Positions 13,826-25,430 are shown, numbered from the stretch's first letter. The stretch: DNA of 64,000 bases from Leucoraja ocellata (GCA_036785375.1 JAWMAR010000191.1:992001-1056000); one strand, 5' to 3'. A program made the numbers and translations. The notes: generated from the sequence alone by a model not told the origin.

Positions 13826-14600
13826 TTTAGTTTAGTTTCGAAATGCAGCGTAGAAACAGGCCCTTTGGCCCATCGAATCTGTGCCGACCAGCTATCCCCA
13901 CACACTAACTATATCCTCCACATACACTAGGGACAATTTACAATTTTACCAAGCCAATTAGCCTTTAAACCTGTATGGCTTTGGAGTGTGGGAGGAAACC
14001 GGAGCTCCCGGAGAAAAAGGGAAAACGTGCAAACTCCATACAGACAGCACCCTTAAAGGGCTGTCCCACTGTGGCGACCTAATCCGCGAGTTCAGACGAG
14101 TTTGCCCTCGATTCATACTCGCAGCATGGTCGACACAAAGTCCTAGGAGGTCTTTGTAACTCTCCTTCATGCTTGAGAGTAGTCCTCGCGTACTCGAGGC
14201 CTCAGCTAGGTCGCGGCGTATTTTTCAACATGTTGAAAAATGCCCGCGAGTAAAAAAAGGTCGACTGGACAAAATCGATACTTTTTTTACACATGGGTTT
14301 AGTCGAAGTAGGTCGTAGTAGTTCGGCATGTTATTCGTAGGTAAACGAGGGTAGTCAAAGGTAATCAAAGGTAGTCGAAGGGAGGTCGAAGAAGATCAAA
14401 AGAGGTTGTCTTCACTCTCCGCTATTTGGTGTCCAATTTTCCCGAAGCTATTCGAAGCTAGTCTTCAACATAGTCGAAGGAGGTCTTCTACTTAGTCGAA
14501 GGAGGTCTTCAACATGACATTTTTTCAAACTCTCCTAAACTCGCCAATTAGGTCGCCGCAGTGGGACAGCCCCTTTAGTCAGAATCAAACCCGGGTCCAT
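13826..14600 (-). mobile_element. HE1-type V-SINE split by a MITE
   Basis: SINE body 13826-14055 resumes at 14575; the rebuilt junction CAGACAGCACCC-TTA-GTCAGAATC matches other copies. Confidence 0.85.
14056..14574. mobile_element. PIF/Harbinger-type MITE, 519 bp, TTA TSD
   Basis: Terminal inverted repeats (TIRs) AAGGGCTGTCCCACTGTGGCGACCTAAT / ATTAGGTCGCCGCAGTGGGACAGCCCCT; TTA at 14053-14055 and 14575-14577. Confidence 0.85.
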
Positions 14601-15691
14601 GTCCACTCTACCCTTTGACCATAAATTCCATAGCACTTGGAGAGGACACATTTCCTTCCTCCTTTTCTGAGCTTTGCGGATGTATCATTTTGCAATGCAT
14701 TGAATTATACACTACAGTGCAGTGCAATATTCAATCATTATCTTAGCTGGATCAATAGCGTGGATGTTATCATTGTTTTAGCGCCTTTACACATAAGAGG
14801 AGAGATTAGCCAAGGTCACTACTACTGATCACTAATTAGTAATTATTGCTGGAAAATGTACATGCATGGACACAACGTATATGTGGGAGAAATCTAATCA
14901 TTATGCCTGAGTGAGTCGAAACAACTACCAATTATTACTGTCTAGTTTCACACATAAAAAATAGCTAGAGCTTATTGAGATCCACGGGCTCAAACAAGAA
15001 AATGCCACACAGTAACAGCATTGTTTGACTAACTAACATCTTCCAATTCCCAAACCGGTTTCTGATATTCCAACCAATTATAGCCAACAAGAGAGCAAAA
15101 AGATTGAAATATTAGAAGTTAAAATAAATATTATAAAAATAATCCTTGCAGTTTGGTGCAATCCCAAAGTTGCAGGTTAATTTGTTTTGGTTCAGCCTGC
15201 CTGTCCGCTGAGCTCCATGTCAGCACCACTTTACATTTACAAACAAAAATATCTATTGCTGGTGAAATGTATCTAAATTCTGTCAATAAATGCCAGCTAA
15301 TGTGTTGCTTGATTCTCTTTGGTCTGACAGAGCAATTACATGGAACATCCAGAGAAAGGAAATAATAGTTGGGATTTGTATAACCTATAGATCCGCGCCT
15401 AAATACAGAAGCAATGCTTGAGCATTATGAATGAATCCAATGTGTAGCATCAGATCATGATAAGCAACCTTGAATCTGCCACAGAAATTTGTCATTGTGT
15501 GTAAGGCTAGCAATGGGAATGGTGTTAGTTGCAGATCACAATTCCCAGGCCCTATCTTCCCCCATATTGAAATGCACATATAATAAAACCTATATTGTCA
15601 GCTGTCAGATGTTCTGTAATTATTTGCTCTGTCATCTCAAAAATACATTTAAATGCAACAAAATGTATCCAAATGCAAGCCTTAATAGTCC

Positions 15692-16005
15692 TAGTCATAC
15701 AAGGTGGAAACATGCCCTTTGGCCCAACTTGCCCATGCTAACCAACATGCCCCATCTACACTAGTCCCACCTGCCCATGCTTGGACTTTAACCCTCTAAA
15801 CCTATCCTATCCATGTCTAAATGTCTCTTATTTGTGATAGTACCTGCCTCAACTACCTCCTCTAGCAACTCATTCCATATACCCACCACCCTTTGTGTAA
15901 AATGCTTTCTCCTCAGGTTCCTATTACATATTTTCCCCTCACTTTAAACCAGTGACCTCTGTTTCTTGATTCTTCACCTTAAACCGATGTCATCTGGTTC
16001 TGTAG
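15692..16005 (-). mobile_element. CR1 3' end fragment
   Basis: Same family as 9476-9688. Confidence 0.75.
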
Positions 16006-16364
16006 TTCTCTATGAGATGAATATTCCTGAAGAACAAAACTCCTATGAGTTCCAATTTCATTCTGTTTCAGAGCCTATTCACACATATATTCTCTTTTGC
16101 TGCATTTTTTCTTGATGTCAATTTTTCTGCAGTCTTAACCAGGCAATCAAAAAATATATGCTCTGGCATCTGGGTGAGAATTGGTACAGCTGTTACATAA
16201 TTTTACTTGAAACAAATACTATAAAGATCAAAACAATAGGCACTTAACAGGTTCCCAAAGTCTAAATTGCAGACAAAGAGAAACTTGCCCTCATATTAGG
16301 CCAGAGATACAATGTTAATCACTAATCCTGTTTCTCAACTGGAAAACCACATTCTTCACAGTGT

Positions 16365-16755
16365 AACATGGAAACATAGAAAATAGATGTAGGAGTGGGC
16401 CATTCGGCCCTTCGAGCCAGCAGGGCCATTCAATATGATCATGGCTGATCATCCAAAATCAGTGCCACAGTCCTGCTTTTTCCCCATATCCCTTGATTCC
16501 ATTAGCCCTAAGAGCTAAATCTAACTCTCACTTGAAAAACATTGTTTTGAATTCCACCATATTATGGTCACTGTTGCCCAAGGGGCTCTGCACAACAAGA
16601 TTGCTAACTACTCCTTCCTCATTACACAATGCCCACTCTAGGATGGCCTGCCCTGTCGTTGGTTCCTCTACATATTGGCTCATCCCATATACCTTCCAGG
16701 TAATCCTCCTCCTCAGTGTTGTTACCAATTTGGTTGGTTGGACCATATGTAGATA
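16365..16755 (-). mobile_element. CR1 3' tail joined to a CR1 endonuclease-domain fragment
   Basis: Tail at 16365-16543; ORF 16528-16746 QYVEEPTTGQAILEWALCNEEGVVSNLVVQSPLGNSDHNMVEF is the APE endonuclease C-terminus (SDH motif). Confidence 0.85.
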
Positions 16756-17524
16756 GGTTGTTTGGTGTATTCATCACATGGGTTTAGAATGTGGAATTGA
16801 ACATAATTTAAATCAGTACATTCCCTTGGTGCCCTGCCAGCCTGTGACAAATAGCAACTTCTATTCTTGTAATAGGTTTGACAACTTTATGACATCCCAA
16901 AACACCTTAGCATCAATGAAGTATTACTGCTGGACACGTCTGGTTGATTTGCAGAAAGCTTGTCAGTGATGTTACAATTTTGGTGATGTTGATTAAGGAT
17001 AAATAAATATTGGCCAAAACACCAGGATTCATTTTTTATGCTTTATCTGAACGAATAGGTTTAATGGAAGCTCAGACTTGTAGCAAAAATAAAGTGGTCT
17101 TTTATTCAGCTTCTTATGCAATGTCTTGTCATTGATTACATTGATTAAATTGAAGAAAAAAAAAATAATACTAGGTGTTTTGGGATTTCTTTTAAATCAG
17201 GTTTATATCTGTATTTGGAAAATCCAACAAAAACTTCACAATTATTGTGCAGTCAGCAAACGGCAGACACTAAGTGAGATGTTTGCACGATTTAAGCAGG
17301 AGAGGTTGATTGGAGAGGTCAAAACATTGGCAGATGAAAAAGGAGGGTTTTTTTCAACAGCAACCGTTACGGGAACTCAGGGATCCAAAAAGTAATATGT
17401 TGAAGCCACAAAGATGACGGGTTTGTTTTGATGTGCACCAAATACATTATTTCATGTTTGAAGTTCTACATGATGAAAGACGAAAAGACAGAGAGAAAGC
17501 AAGCTCCAATGCTGTACCGGGGAC

Positions 17525-17650
17525 TTAAGAGACTTCAGATGTTGGAAACCCAAACAATAAACAAATTGCTCGGAGAACTCAGCGGGTCAGGCAACACTAT
17601 GGAGGGAATGGACAGATGACGTTTCGAGGCAGGACCCTTCTTCCGACTGA
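17525..17650 (-). mobile_element. PLE pLTR fragment
   Basis: GAGAACTCAGCGGGTCAGGCA..GACGTTTCG..CCCTTCTTCCGAC. Confidence 0.65.
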
Positions 17651-17749
17651 TGCTGAACCGCCTGTATCTGTTATTTTGCCATTAAACTTCTATGCAGGCC
17701 ATAGCAGCCCAGTGCCAGCCAAAGAGAGGTTTGCTGTCCTGTGTCAGCT

Positions 17750-17891
17750 TCTTCTTCTTCTTGCGTATGGCGTGCACAGCCTATAGTTGTAGGGCAACTT
17801 GTTCTATTTGATCTTATTTGATTGTGCACGCCAGGTTGATTGCATTCATCGAAACAGGGCGGACCACGTGATGGTTGCAATCTCCCACCCC
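17750..17891 (-). mobile_element. Short ribozyme-headed retroposon (SINE-like) with (GAA)n tail and TSD
   Basis: TGTCAGCT at 17742-17749 and 17895-17902; 3' hairpin TGGCGTGCACA/TGTGCACGCCA; GAA repeat tail. Confidence 0.75.
17838..17891 (-). ncRNA. Minimal HDV/CPEB3-like ribozyme fold (catalytic C is U in this copy)
   Basis: P1 GGGGUGG/CCGCCCU, P2 GAUUGCA/UGCAAUC, P3 ACC/GGU, L3 AUCACGU, P1.1 C-G, vestigial P4 U-UUCG-A, J4/2 UGAA. Confidence 0.8.
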
Positions 17892-17984
17892 GTTTGTCAG
17901 CTGTTATACATTCAATTGTTCTGTTAAAAGAAAGAAACTAGCATTTGAAAAGAAACTCTGGAGAACATGGACCAGGACACATCT

Positions 17985-18103
17985 TCAGACTGGAGAAGAG
18001 TCCCGACCCAAAACATCACCAATCCATGTTCTCCACAGATGCTGCCTGACCCACTGAGTTACTGAGGCATTTTGTGGCGTTTTCATCTGCAGTTCCTTGC
18101 ATC
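17985..18103 (+). mobile_element. PLE pLTR fragment
   Basis: GAAGAGTCCCGACCCAAAACATCACC..GCTGCCTGACCCACTGAGTTAC..CATCTGCAGTTCC. Confidence 0.7.
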
Positions 18104-18366
18104 TCCTTTGAATAGGAACTATTGTATAGTAAAATCTCCCAAATGAGCTTGATGCCTTTAAAAACAAGATGTAACAAATAATATTTCCAAAGTAGCTCCA
18201 GAAATGATGTGTTCCAATCTATCCTTGCAGCCAAGTAGAGCCCAGCTCAATCATTAATCAGTGGAAACGTTAACACGTCACTGATGTACCGAGGAAGGAG
18301 AGGAAAGAGTTTGTGCACTGTGTGCACATTCTCCCTAAAACTGAGGTATAAATTAATATAATCCAC

Positions 18367-18490
18367 AGATATGGGGAGAAGGCAGGAACGGGGTACTGAT
18401 TGGCGATGATCACCTATGGTCACATTGAATGGCGGTGCTGGCTCGAAGGGCCGAATGGCCTACTCCTGCACCTATTGTCTATTGTCTATT
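18367..18490 (+). mobile_element. CR1 3' tail
   Basis: GATATGGGGAGAAGGCAGG..GGCCGAATGGCCTACTCCTGCACC plus (TATTGTC)n. Confidence 0.85.
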
Positions 18491-18801
18491 TGCTTCCCTG
18501 CTTAATAACTATCCTGCAGTTGTCTCATGTGGCAGTCAATCTATTTAATGTTGTAGGTTTCAGATTTTTCTGCAGAACAGCTAAACATTTCAAATTGTTG
18601 ATGATATGCACAAATGCAAAGATTACTAATGTGCACAGAGATTCTGCTATTGTTAACAAATCACAAAGGACATGAAGGAAATGTTATTACAAAGATGATA
18701 CGCAGAACAAAAGGCTGCACTATTAATCAAACTTTTTTTAAATGCAACTGAGAATTATTTTATAAAGCATTAATTTTATTTCTTTAAACTTTACATTTTA
18801 G

Positions 18802-19098
18802 ACTTTAAAGTTTAGAGATACAGTGCGTAAGCAGGCCCTTCGGCCCATTGAGTTTGCGCCGACCAGCGATCACCCCGCACACTAGCAATATCCTATACAC
18901 TAGGGCCAATTTTACAATTACAGATGCCAATTAACCTATAAAACTTTGAAGTGTGGGAGGAAACCAGAGCAGCCAGTGAAAACCCACGCAGGAACGGAGA
19001 AAGTACAAGCTCACACAGAGAGTACCCATAGTCAGGATCAAACCCGGGTCTCTGGCGCTGTAAGGCAGCAATTCTGCCACTGCGCCACTGTGCCACCC
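18802..19098 (-). mobile_element. HE1-type V-SINE, full length
   Basis: Minus strand GGGTGGCACAGTGGCGCAGTGG head, V-domain GGTTTCCTCCCAC, CR1-like tail GGGCCGAAGGGCCTG. Confidence 0.9.
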
Positions 19099-19136
19099 TA
19101 AATACAGTTTCAATACAGCTGTCAAAAATACTTCAA

Positions 19137-20321
19137 GTGTTCAAGTTCAAGTTTGTTTATTGTCATGTGTCCCTGTATAGGACAATGAAATTCTTGCTTT
19201 GCTTAAGCACACAGAAAATAGTACAAAACAGATAAATGTGTCCATATACCATGATATAAACATATACACACATGACTAAATAAACTGATAAAGTGCAAAT
19301 AGCAGAAAGTGGTTATTAATAATCAGAGTTTTGTCCGAGCCAGGTTTAATAGCCTGATGGCTGTGGGGAAGTAGCTATTCCTGAACCTGGTTGTTGCAGT
19401 CTTCAGGCTCCTGTACCTTCTACCTGAAGGTAGCAGGGAGATGAATGTGTGGCCAGGATGGTGTGGGCCTTTGATGATACTGCCAGCCTTTTTGAGGCAG
19501 CGACTGCGATAAATCCCCTCGATGGAAGGAAGGTCAGAGCCGATGATGGACTGGGCAGTGTTTACTACTTTTTGTAGTCTTTTCCTCTCCAGGGCACTCA
19601 AATTGCCGAACCAAGCCACGATGCAACTGGTCAGCATGCTCTCTACTGTGCACCTGTAGAAGTTAGAGAGAGTCTTCATTGACAAACCGACTATCCATAA
19701 TCTTCTCAGGAAGTAGAGGCGCTGATGAGCTTTTTTGATAATTGCGTTAGTGTTCTCGGACCAGGAAAGATCATCAGAGATGTGCACGCCCAGGAATTTG
19801 AAGTTCTTGACCCTTTCAACCATCGACCCGCTGATATAAATGGGGCTGTGGGTCCCCCTCTACTCCTTCCAAAGTCTACAATCAGTTCCTTGGTTTTGCT
19901 GGTGTTGAGGGCCAGGTTATTGCGCTGGCACCATATGGACAGTTGCTCGATCTCCCTTCTATATTCTGACTCATCCCCATCAGTGATACGTCCCACAATA
20001 GCAGTGTTGTCAGCGAACTTGATGATGGAGTTCGCACTGTGGTTGGCTACGCAGTCATGGGTATAGAGTGAGTACAGCAGGGGGCTGAGCACACAGCCTT
20101 GAGGTGCTCCCGTGCTGATTGTTATCGAGGCTGACACATTTCCACCACTGTGGATGAGGAAGTCGAGTATCCAGTTGCAGAGGGATGTGCAGAGACCCAG
20201 TTCTGCGAGTTTGGTAACCAGTTTGGAGGGGATGATTGTGTTGAATGCCGAGCTGTAATCGATGAATAACAGCCTGACATATGAGTTTTTGTTGTCCAAG
20301 TGGTCCAGTGCGGAGTGGAGG
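19137..20321 (-). mobile_element. Rex1/Babar LINE, 5'-truncated, RT domain with frameshift
   Basis: ORFs 19706-20299 ([41 protein letters not shown]) and 19323-19823 ([18 protein letters not shown]); (TTGAAC)n tail. Confidence 0.92.
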
Positions 20322-20394
20322 ACTAATGAATATCAAAGATTTAGGAATCACATGAGCATGAATTTAGGTTTATGTTTTTTTATTATTGTTGCAT

Positions 20395-20890
20395 AATAAT
20401 AATAATAATAATACATTTTATTTATGGGCGCCTTTCAAGAGTCTCAAGGACACCTTACATAAATTTAGCAGGTAGAGGAAAAACATGTAAGGGGAATGAA
20501 ATAAATAGTAGAGACATGACTAGTACACAAAGTAAAGACAGAATTCAATTCAAAACACAATATGAGGCAATTAATGCACAGATGAAAAGGGAGGGGGACG
20601 TGGGGCTAAGGATAGGCAGAGGTGAAGAGATGGGTCTTGAGGCGGGACTGGAAGATGGTGAGGGACACGGAATTGCGGATCAGTTGGGGGAGGGAGTTCC
20701 AGAGCCTGGGAGCTGCCCTGGAGAAGGCTCTGTCCCCAAAATTGTGGAGGTGGTTGGACTTGTGGATGGAGAGGAGACCGGCTGATGTGGATCTGAGGGA
20801 CCGTGAGGGTTGGTAGGGGGAGAGGAGGTCAGTGAGATATGGGGGGTGGGGGGGGGGGGGGGGGGGGCAGATGGAGGAGGGCTTTGTAGG
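20395..20890 (-). mobile_element. L2-clade LINE 3' end
   Basis: PYLTDLLSPYQPSRSLRS..GDRAFSRAAPRLWNSLP..FQSRLKTHLF; (ATT)n tail; inserted into a Rex1-like 3' UTR fragment. Confidence 0.88.
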
Positions 20891-21027
20891 TGAGGAACAG
20901 TGAAAAGTTTTGTTTTGCATGCTATCCAAACAGATCAGATATACCAAACAGAAATACAATCCATTCAAACAGTAAATTCAGAACATTTCTGAGCATTGGT
21001 TGTGAATCATTGAGCATATTTACATTT

Positions 21028-21620
21028 GACTTAGACCTAGTTCCTCCCACATTGTTGAATGCATTGGGCAGCAAGCTTTCGCATTTCTGATCGGTTATGT
21101 GCAACGTCTTCCACCCTCAATAGCATTGTGTCCCGGGCTTCCAAATCCTTCTGGAATGTTCGCCTCCATGTGAGTTTTGGTCGGCCTCTTTTCCTTCTTC
21201 CATCAGGTTGCCATGTCTTTGCTATCTTAGGTGCATGTTCTGGTGACATTCTGAGTACATGTCCTGCAAATTTTATCCTGCGTACCTCTATGTCCTGGCT
21301 GAAAGGTTTTGTTACAGTTTCATGGTAGATCTCCTCGTTTGTGATGTGGTCTCTGTAGCTAGTCTTCAGGATCTTCCTCAAGCAGTGTTGTTGGAATGCA
21401 TCCGATTTATTTTTCATCTTCACAATGATTTTCCATGTCTCACTGGCCTAGAGGACAGTAGGGAGGACTACGGACTGAGAGAGCTTGACTTTTAGCATCT
21501 TGGATATCCTGCCACAAACCATGTTGGCTGCATTCGTCTGAAGACTGATGCAACTTTACCAATTCGGGAGTTGAGAGCAACCTCCACATCTCCATCTACT
21601 GTGAACATGCTGCCATTTAC
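21028..21620 (-). mobile_element. RTE-clade LINE 3' fragment
   Basis: ORF 21037-21423 AFQQHCLRKILK..HITNEEI..KFAGHVLRM..GRRKRGRPKLTW. Confidence 0.88.
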
Positions 21621-21914
21621 ATTTGATACCTCTGTAATTTAGATTGTGGAAGATAGCCTCCTGCATCATCAACTTCTGCTTACTTTATCAGCGTGTAGGA
21701 CCCACAGAAAGGTTATAAAAGGACCTAGCATCAGCAATGTAAAACTAGAACACTTCGCACCACACTGCAAGGTATAGAAGCATCGAATATAAAAGCACCT
21801 CCAACCACTAAATCACCTGAGGCTCAGCCACATGCGCCATAGATAGAAAATCAGCTGCAAAGTGCTTGGTGACCATTGATGGTTAAATTACCATAAATTC
21901 ATAAAGTGCTTCAA

Positions 21915-22205
21915 GTTTTATCTCCCTCTTTTTCCCTCCTCCCATCATCCATACCTCTCCCTCCAGCCTTTCATTTTATTCCTCCTCTTCCTTCCTTATC
22001 TGCGACCGTTTTGGTTCCTTTTTATGTCCAGACTTTGTCACTGACCCCAATCACACCCCTCACTTGTATATCCACCCATCACTCACCAGATTTCTCCCCC
22101 TTACTCCATCAACATGAAGAAGGGCCTTGACCTGAAACATCGTATGTCCATCCCTATGCAGATGTCGCCTGAACTGCTGCTTTCCTCCAGTACTTTGTTT
22201 TTTTG
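21915..22205 (+). mobile_element. Decayed PLE 3' UTR/pLTR
   Basis: Pyrimidine-rich UTR followed by ATGAAGAAGGGCCTTGACCTGAAACATC (decayed hammerhead). Confidence 0.55.
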
Positions 22206-22380
22206 CTCATGTTCTCAAGTTATTTGTCTTCCAGGGTACAAACATCAGCATGTAAAAGATCACAAAAATTACACTCCGCAGCCAAAGCTAAAAATGTTTG
22301 TGACTTTAATAGATAAATAGAAATTTTAGATAATCCTGTGTAATATTTTAGATAATTCTGCATCTTCAAGGATACAAACA

Positions 22381-23070
22381 TCAAAGGACAAAGGACATTT
22401 ATTGTCACGTACACCGATTGGTGCAGTGAAATTTGCAGCACACTAATAAAAATACGACACAACACATTAAAGAAGAATTTAACACCAAACATAAAAACAT
22501 CTCCCCACAATGGTTCCCACTGTGAGTGAAGGCACAAAGTCCAGTCCTAGTCCCCTTGTTCACCCATGGTCGGGCCTATTGAGGCCTCCACAGTCGTTGC
22601 AACAGCGGCCCGATGTTCAGGCCCTCTCGCCAGATGATGGAGCTCCGGCGTCGGAAATGTCTGGGACTGCCGCTTCCCACCAGAGACCGTGACTCCCGAG
22701 GTCCACAGGCCGCGCTGATCGGAGCTCCAACATTGGCGATCTCGGCGAAAGATCCCAGGCTCTGCGGTGTTTAAACGTCAGCGCCGCCTGCGATGTTGCA
22801 GTCGGCGGTCTCAGCATTCTGGAGCTTACCACATGGCGACCCGGGTAAGGCTTCGCCCGCTCCGTGATGGTGCTTCAACGCTGCACCGCCGCCGAAGCTG
22901 GAGTTCTGGCCAGTCCCGGCAGGAAACGCCGCTCCAATCCCATTGGTAGGAAGGGGCGAAGATGCGGCTCGGAGGAGAGACACATCTCCGACCAGGTAGG
23001 GACTGAGAAATACAGTTACTCCTTCTTCCCCCTCCCCCCCTTTCTTAAAAAGACTAGAGCTCCAAAACAA
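22381..23070 (-). mobile_element. GC-rich non-autonomous retroposon with Rex1-like tail
   Basis: CpG-rich body with no recognisable ORF; minus-strand 3' end GTGACAATAAA plus (TGTCCTT)n, like the Rex1 tails in this window. Confidence 0.55.
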
Positions 23071-23269
23071 CCACTCTCACTATCCACCACTCATTCGCTG
23101 GGTAACTGATCACTTTCCCCAGTCTCTGTATGCTAATGTTTACGTGCTATAGCTCAACTGGAAGGGAACTACCTCATCTGAGTCAAAGGTAAAGGAAGAA
23201 GGCTTAGCAATCTAACAGAAGCTGCTGGCACAATAGGATATTAGAAAGGAAACAAATATTGTGAATTGT

Positions 23270-23612
23270 TTCCCACTCCTTGAACGAGAGGAATGTCTGG
23301 GCTGACACTTGAGTGTGTTACTGAGGGAATGCTTGCAAATGACTCAATAAATTAAGACCAAACTGCTATTTCAGAGGCTGTAAAATATCCTCAGGCTTTA
23401 TTTTAGAAAAAACACCAGGGGAGTCATCTCCATTGTCGCGGTTGAGATTGTTTTTCTGAGCTAACACAAGTGAAACTGATATCTAGTCATGGCACTGCTG
23501 CTTTCAGGAGCTTGCTGTGAATAAATTGATTGCTCCCTCTCCTACTATACAACAGTGACTACACTGAGAGTGTTGCACAGGTTGCAAGGAGCTTTGAAAC
23601 ATCTTGAGGCAT
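23270..23612 (+). mobile_element. Ancient DeuSINE-like relic
   Basis: CCCACTCC..GGCTGACACT..ACTGAGGGAATGC..GAGCTTGCTGTG..ACAACAGTGACTACACT..GCTTTGAAACATCTTGAGG. Confidence 0.55.
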
Positions 23613-24169
23613 GGGCACCATCCTTTTGACCTGTTGATGGGGTCAGTCCCAATCTCCGACATCAATGCCTTGAAAGCTATAAATATGCCTCCTTACATTC
23701 TGATCCATCTCAATCACCACAAGTCCAGTCATTTTGCTTTTCAATTGCAATCAGTTTAGAGATGTTAGAATTGGAGTTGAAACCACTTAGCTCCAATCGC
23801 GCTCTCCACCACACAGATTCCTAGAATAGTTTTACAAGGAAATAGAAGCACGTCGCCTCCATTAAAGTAAATCGAGCCATTGTGAGATTTATTAAGCTAT
23901 TTGCATCGTGTGGATTCAGAGCAGACAATGAGCAAAGCAGACTGTTTGAAAAAATGATGTTAAGAGTTTATGCGTATTTCAGGAAAGAAGTTTTGACAAG
24001 ACAAAGTTCCCCATTCTCTTTACATTCTCACGCAAATCACAGTCTCATTGATGTCCTCATGAAATTGAAATGGGATTTCACTGTTATGCCAGAAACTAGT
24101 CAAAATTAATCTAAATAGACTAAATTGCCAGCAAACCAACAAACCACAGTAATATTTCTGGGAAATTTT

Positions 24170-24470
24170 GTAGTTTAGTTTAGAAATGCAGCACGGAAAC
24201 TGGCCCTTCGGCCCTATGATTCAGCACTGATCAGCAATCCGCACACATTAATACTATCCTACACACACACTAGGGGCAATTTACAGCTTTATCAAAGCCA
24301 GTTAGTTGACAAACCTGTACATCTTTGGAGTGTGGGAGGAAGCCGGAGAAAACCTATGCAGGTCACAGGGAGAATGTACGAATTCCGTACAGACAAGTGC
24401 CCATGGTCAGGATCGAACCTGCGTCCTTCGCGCTGTAAGTCAGCAAATCTATTGCTGCACTACCATGCTG
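24170..24470 (-). mobile_element. HE1-type V-SINE
   Basis: GGCCCTTCGGCCC tail and GGATCGAACC B box (reverse). Confidence 0.85.
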
Positions 24471-24831
24471 ACTAAATTGAGGTATTACTGAAAATGATTA
24501 TGTATAAAGAATAATCAGAGTTTTGTGATATTGTATTGTCAAAATAAATTAGAATTGTGTTTTTGTGTATATGGAGGTTAACAATTTGAAGGATGTGAGC
24601 AAAATTCCCCCTTTCCTTTTTTTTTAACAAGATTCCACCTTTGCGGTTCAATCTGAGTGAGAAATTGAGCAAAATGTATCTAGGAGATTTTTACTTATAT
24701 TCTGAGCGACCAAACAAAACTACCAAGCTTACTTCAGTGTGGCTCCCTATTTGCTGCGTAAGATTGCAGCAATCAGCCACAGTAGCTTAGATTCTATGCT
24801 TGATCTTTCAGGGAGATCAATACCTGATTTA

Positions 24832-25430
24832 TTGGGAGAGGTTGTGCAGGCTGGACTTTATTTATAGAAAAGTACAGCATAGGGGTAGGCCCTTTCACCC
24901 ACAAGGTCTGTGCAGGACATGGTGCCAAGAGAAACTAATCTTGCATATGATCCACGTTGTTCCATTCCCTCCATAACAATATGCCTACCCAAAGCCACTT
25001 AAACCTAAAAGCCATCTAAAAGCCTTGTATCTGCCTCCACCTCTGTTGTGTTAGAGACTGAGGAGTGACCTTATAGTGGTGTATAAAATCTTGAGGTCCA
25101 AAGATAAGCTGAATGCATGCAGTTTCTTTTTTCTAGGGAAGGGGAACAAAGAACTAGGGGGCATAGGTTTAGGGTGAGAGGGGAAAGATTTACAGTGTAT
25201 GGGGCCTGAGGCTCAGCTTCTTCACAAAGAGGGTGGTGCATATACAGAACAAGCTGCAGGGGAAAATGATTGAGTCAGGTACAATAACAAAATTTAAAAG
25301 ACATTTGGACAGGTACAGAGATAGGGAAGATTTGGAGGAAAAAAGGCCAAACGCAGGCAAATGGGACTAGTTTAGAGGGTCATTTTGGTTAGCACGGACG
25401 AATTGGGCGTCAGACCCTGTTTATATTTTG
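24832..25430 (+). mobile_element. CR1 3' end with a nested opposite-strand CR1 tail (~24865-25045)
   Basis: GAGACTGAGGAGTGACCTTATAG..CTTCTTCACAAAGAGGGTGGTG..GACATTTGGACAGGTAC. Confidence 0.75.

Noticed and set aside
14290-14515. Short repeated AGTCGAAG units resembling an array
   Set aside because: Irregular degenerate tandem repeats inside a MITE, with no constant repeat-spacer periodicity; not CRISPR.
17126-17395. 89-aa ORF with a possible acceptor near 17200
   Set aside because: No recognisable homology and no partner exons.
20841-20867. Long G run as a G-quadruplex element
   Set aside because: Homopolymer expansion within an L2 fragment, and prone to sequencing error.
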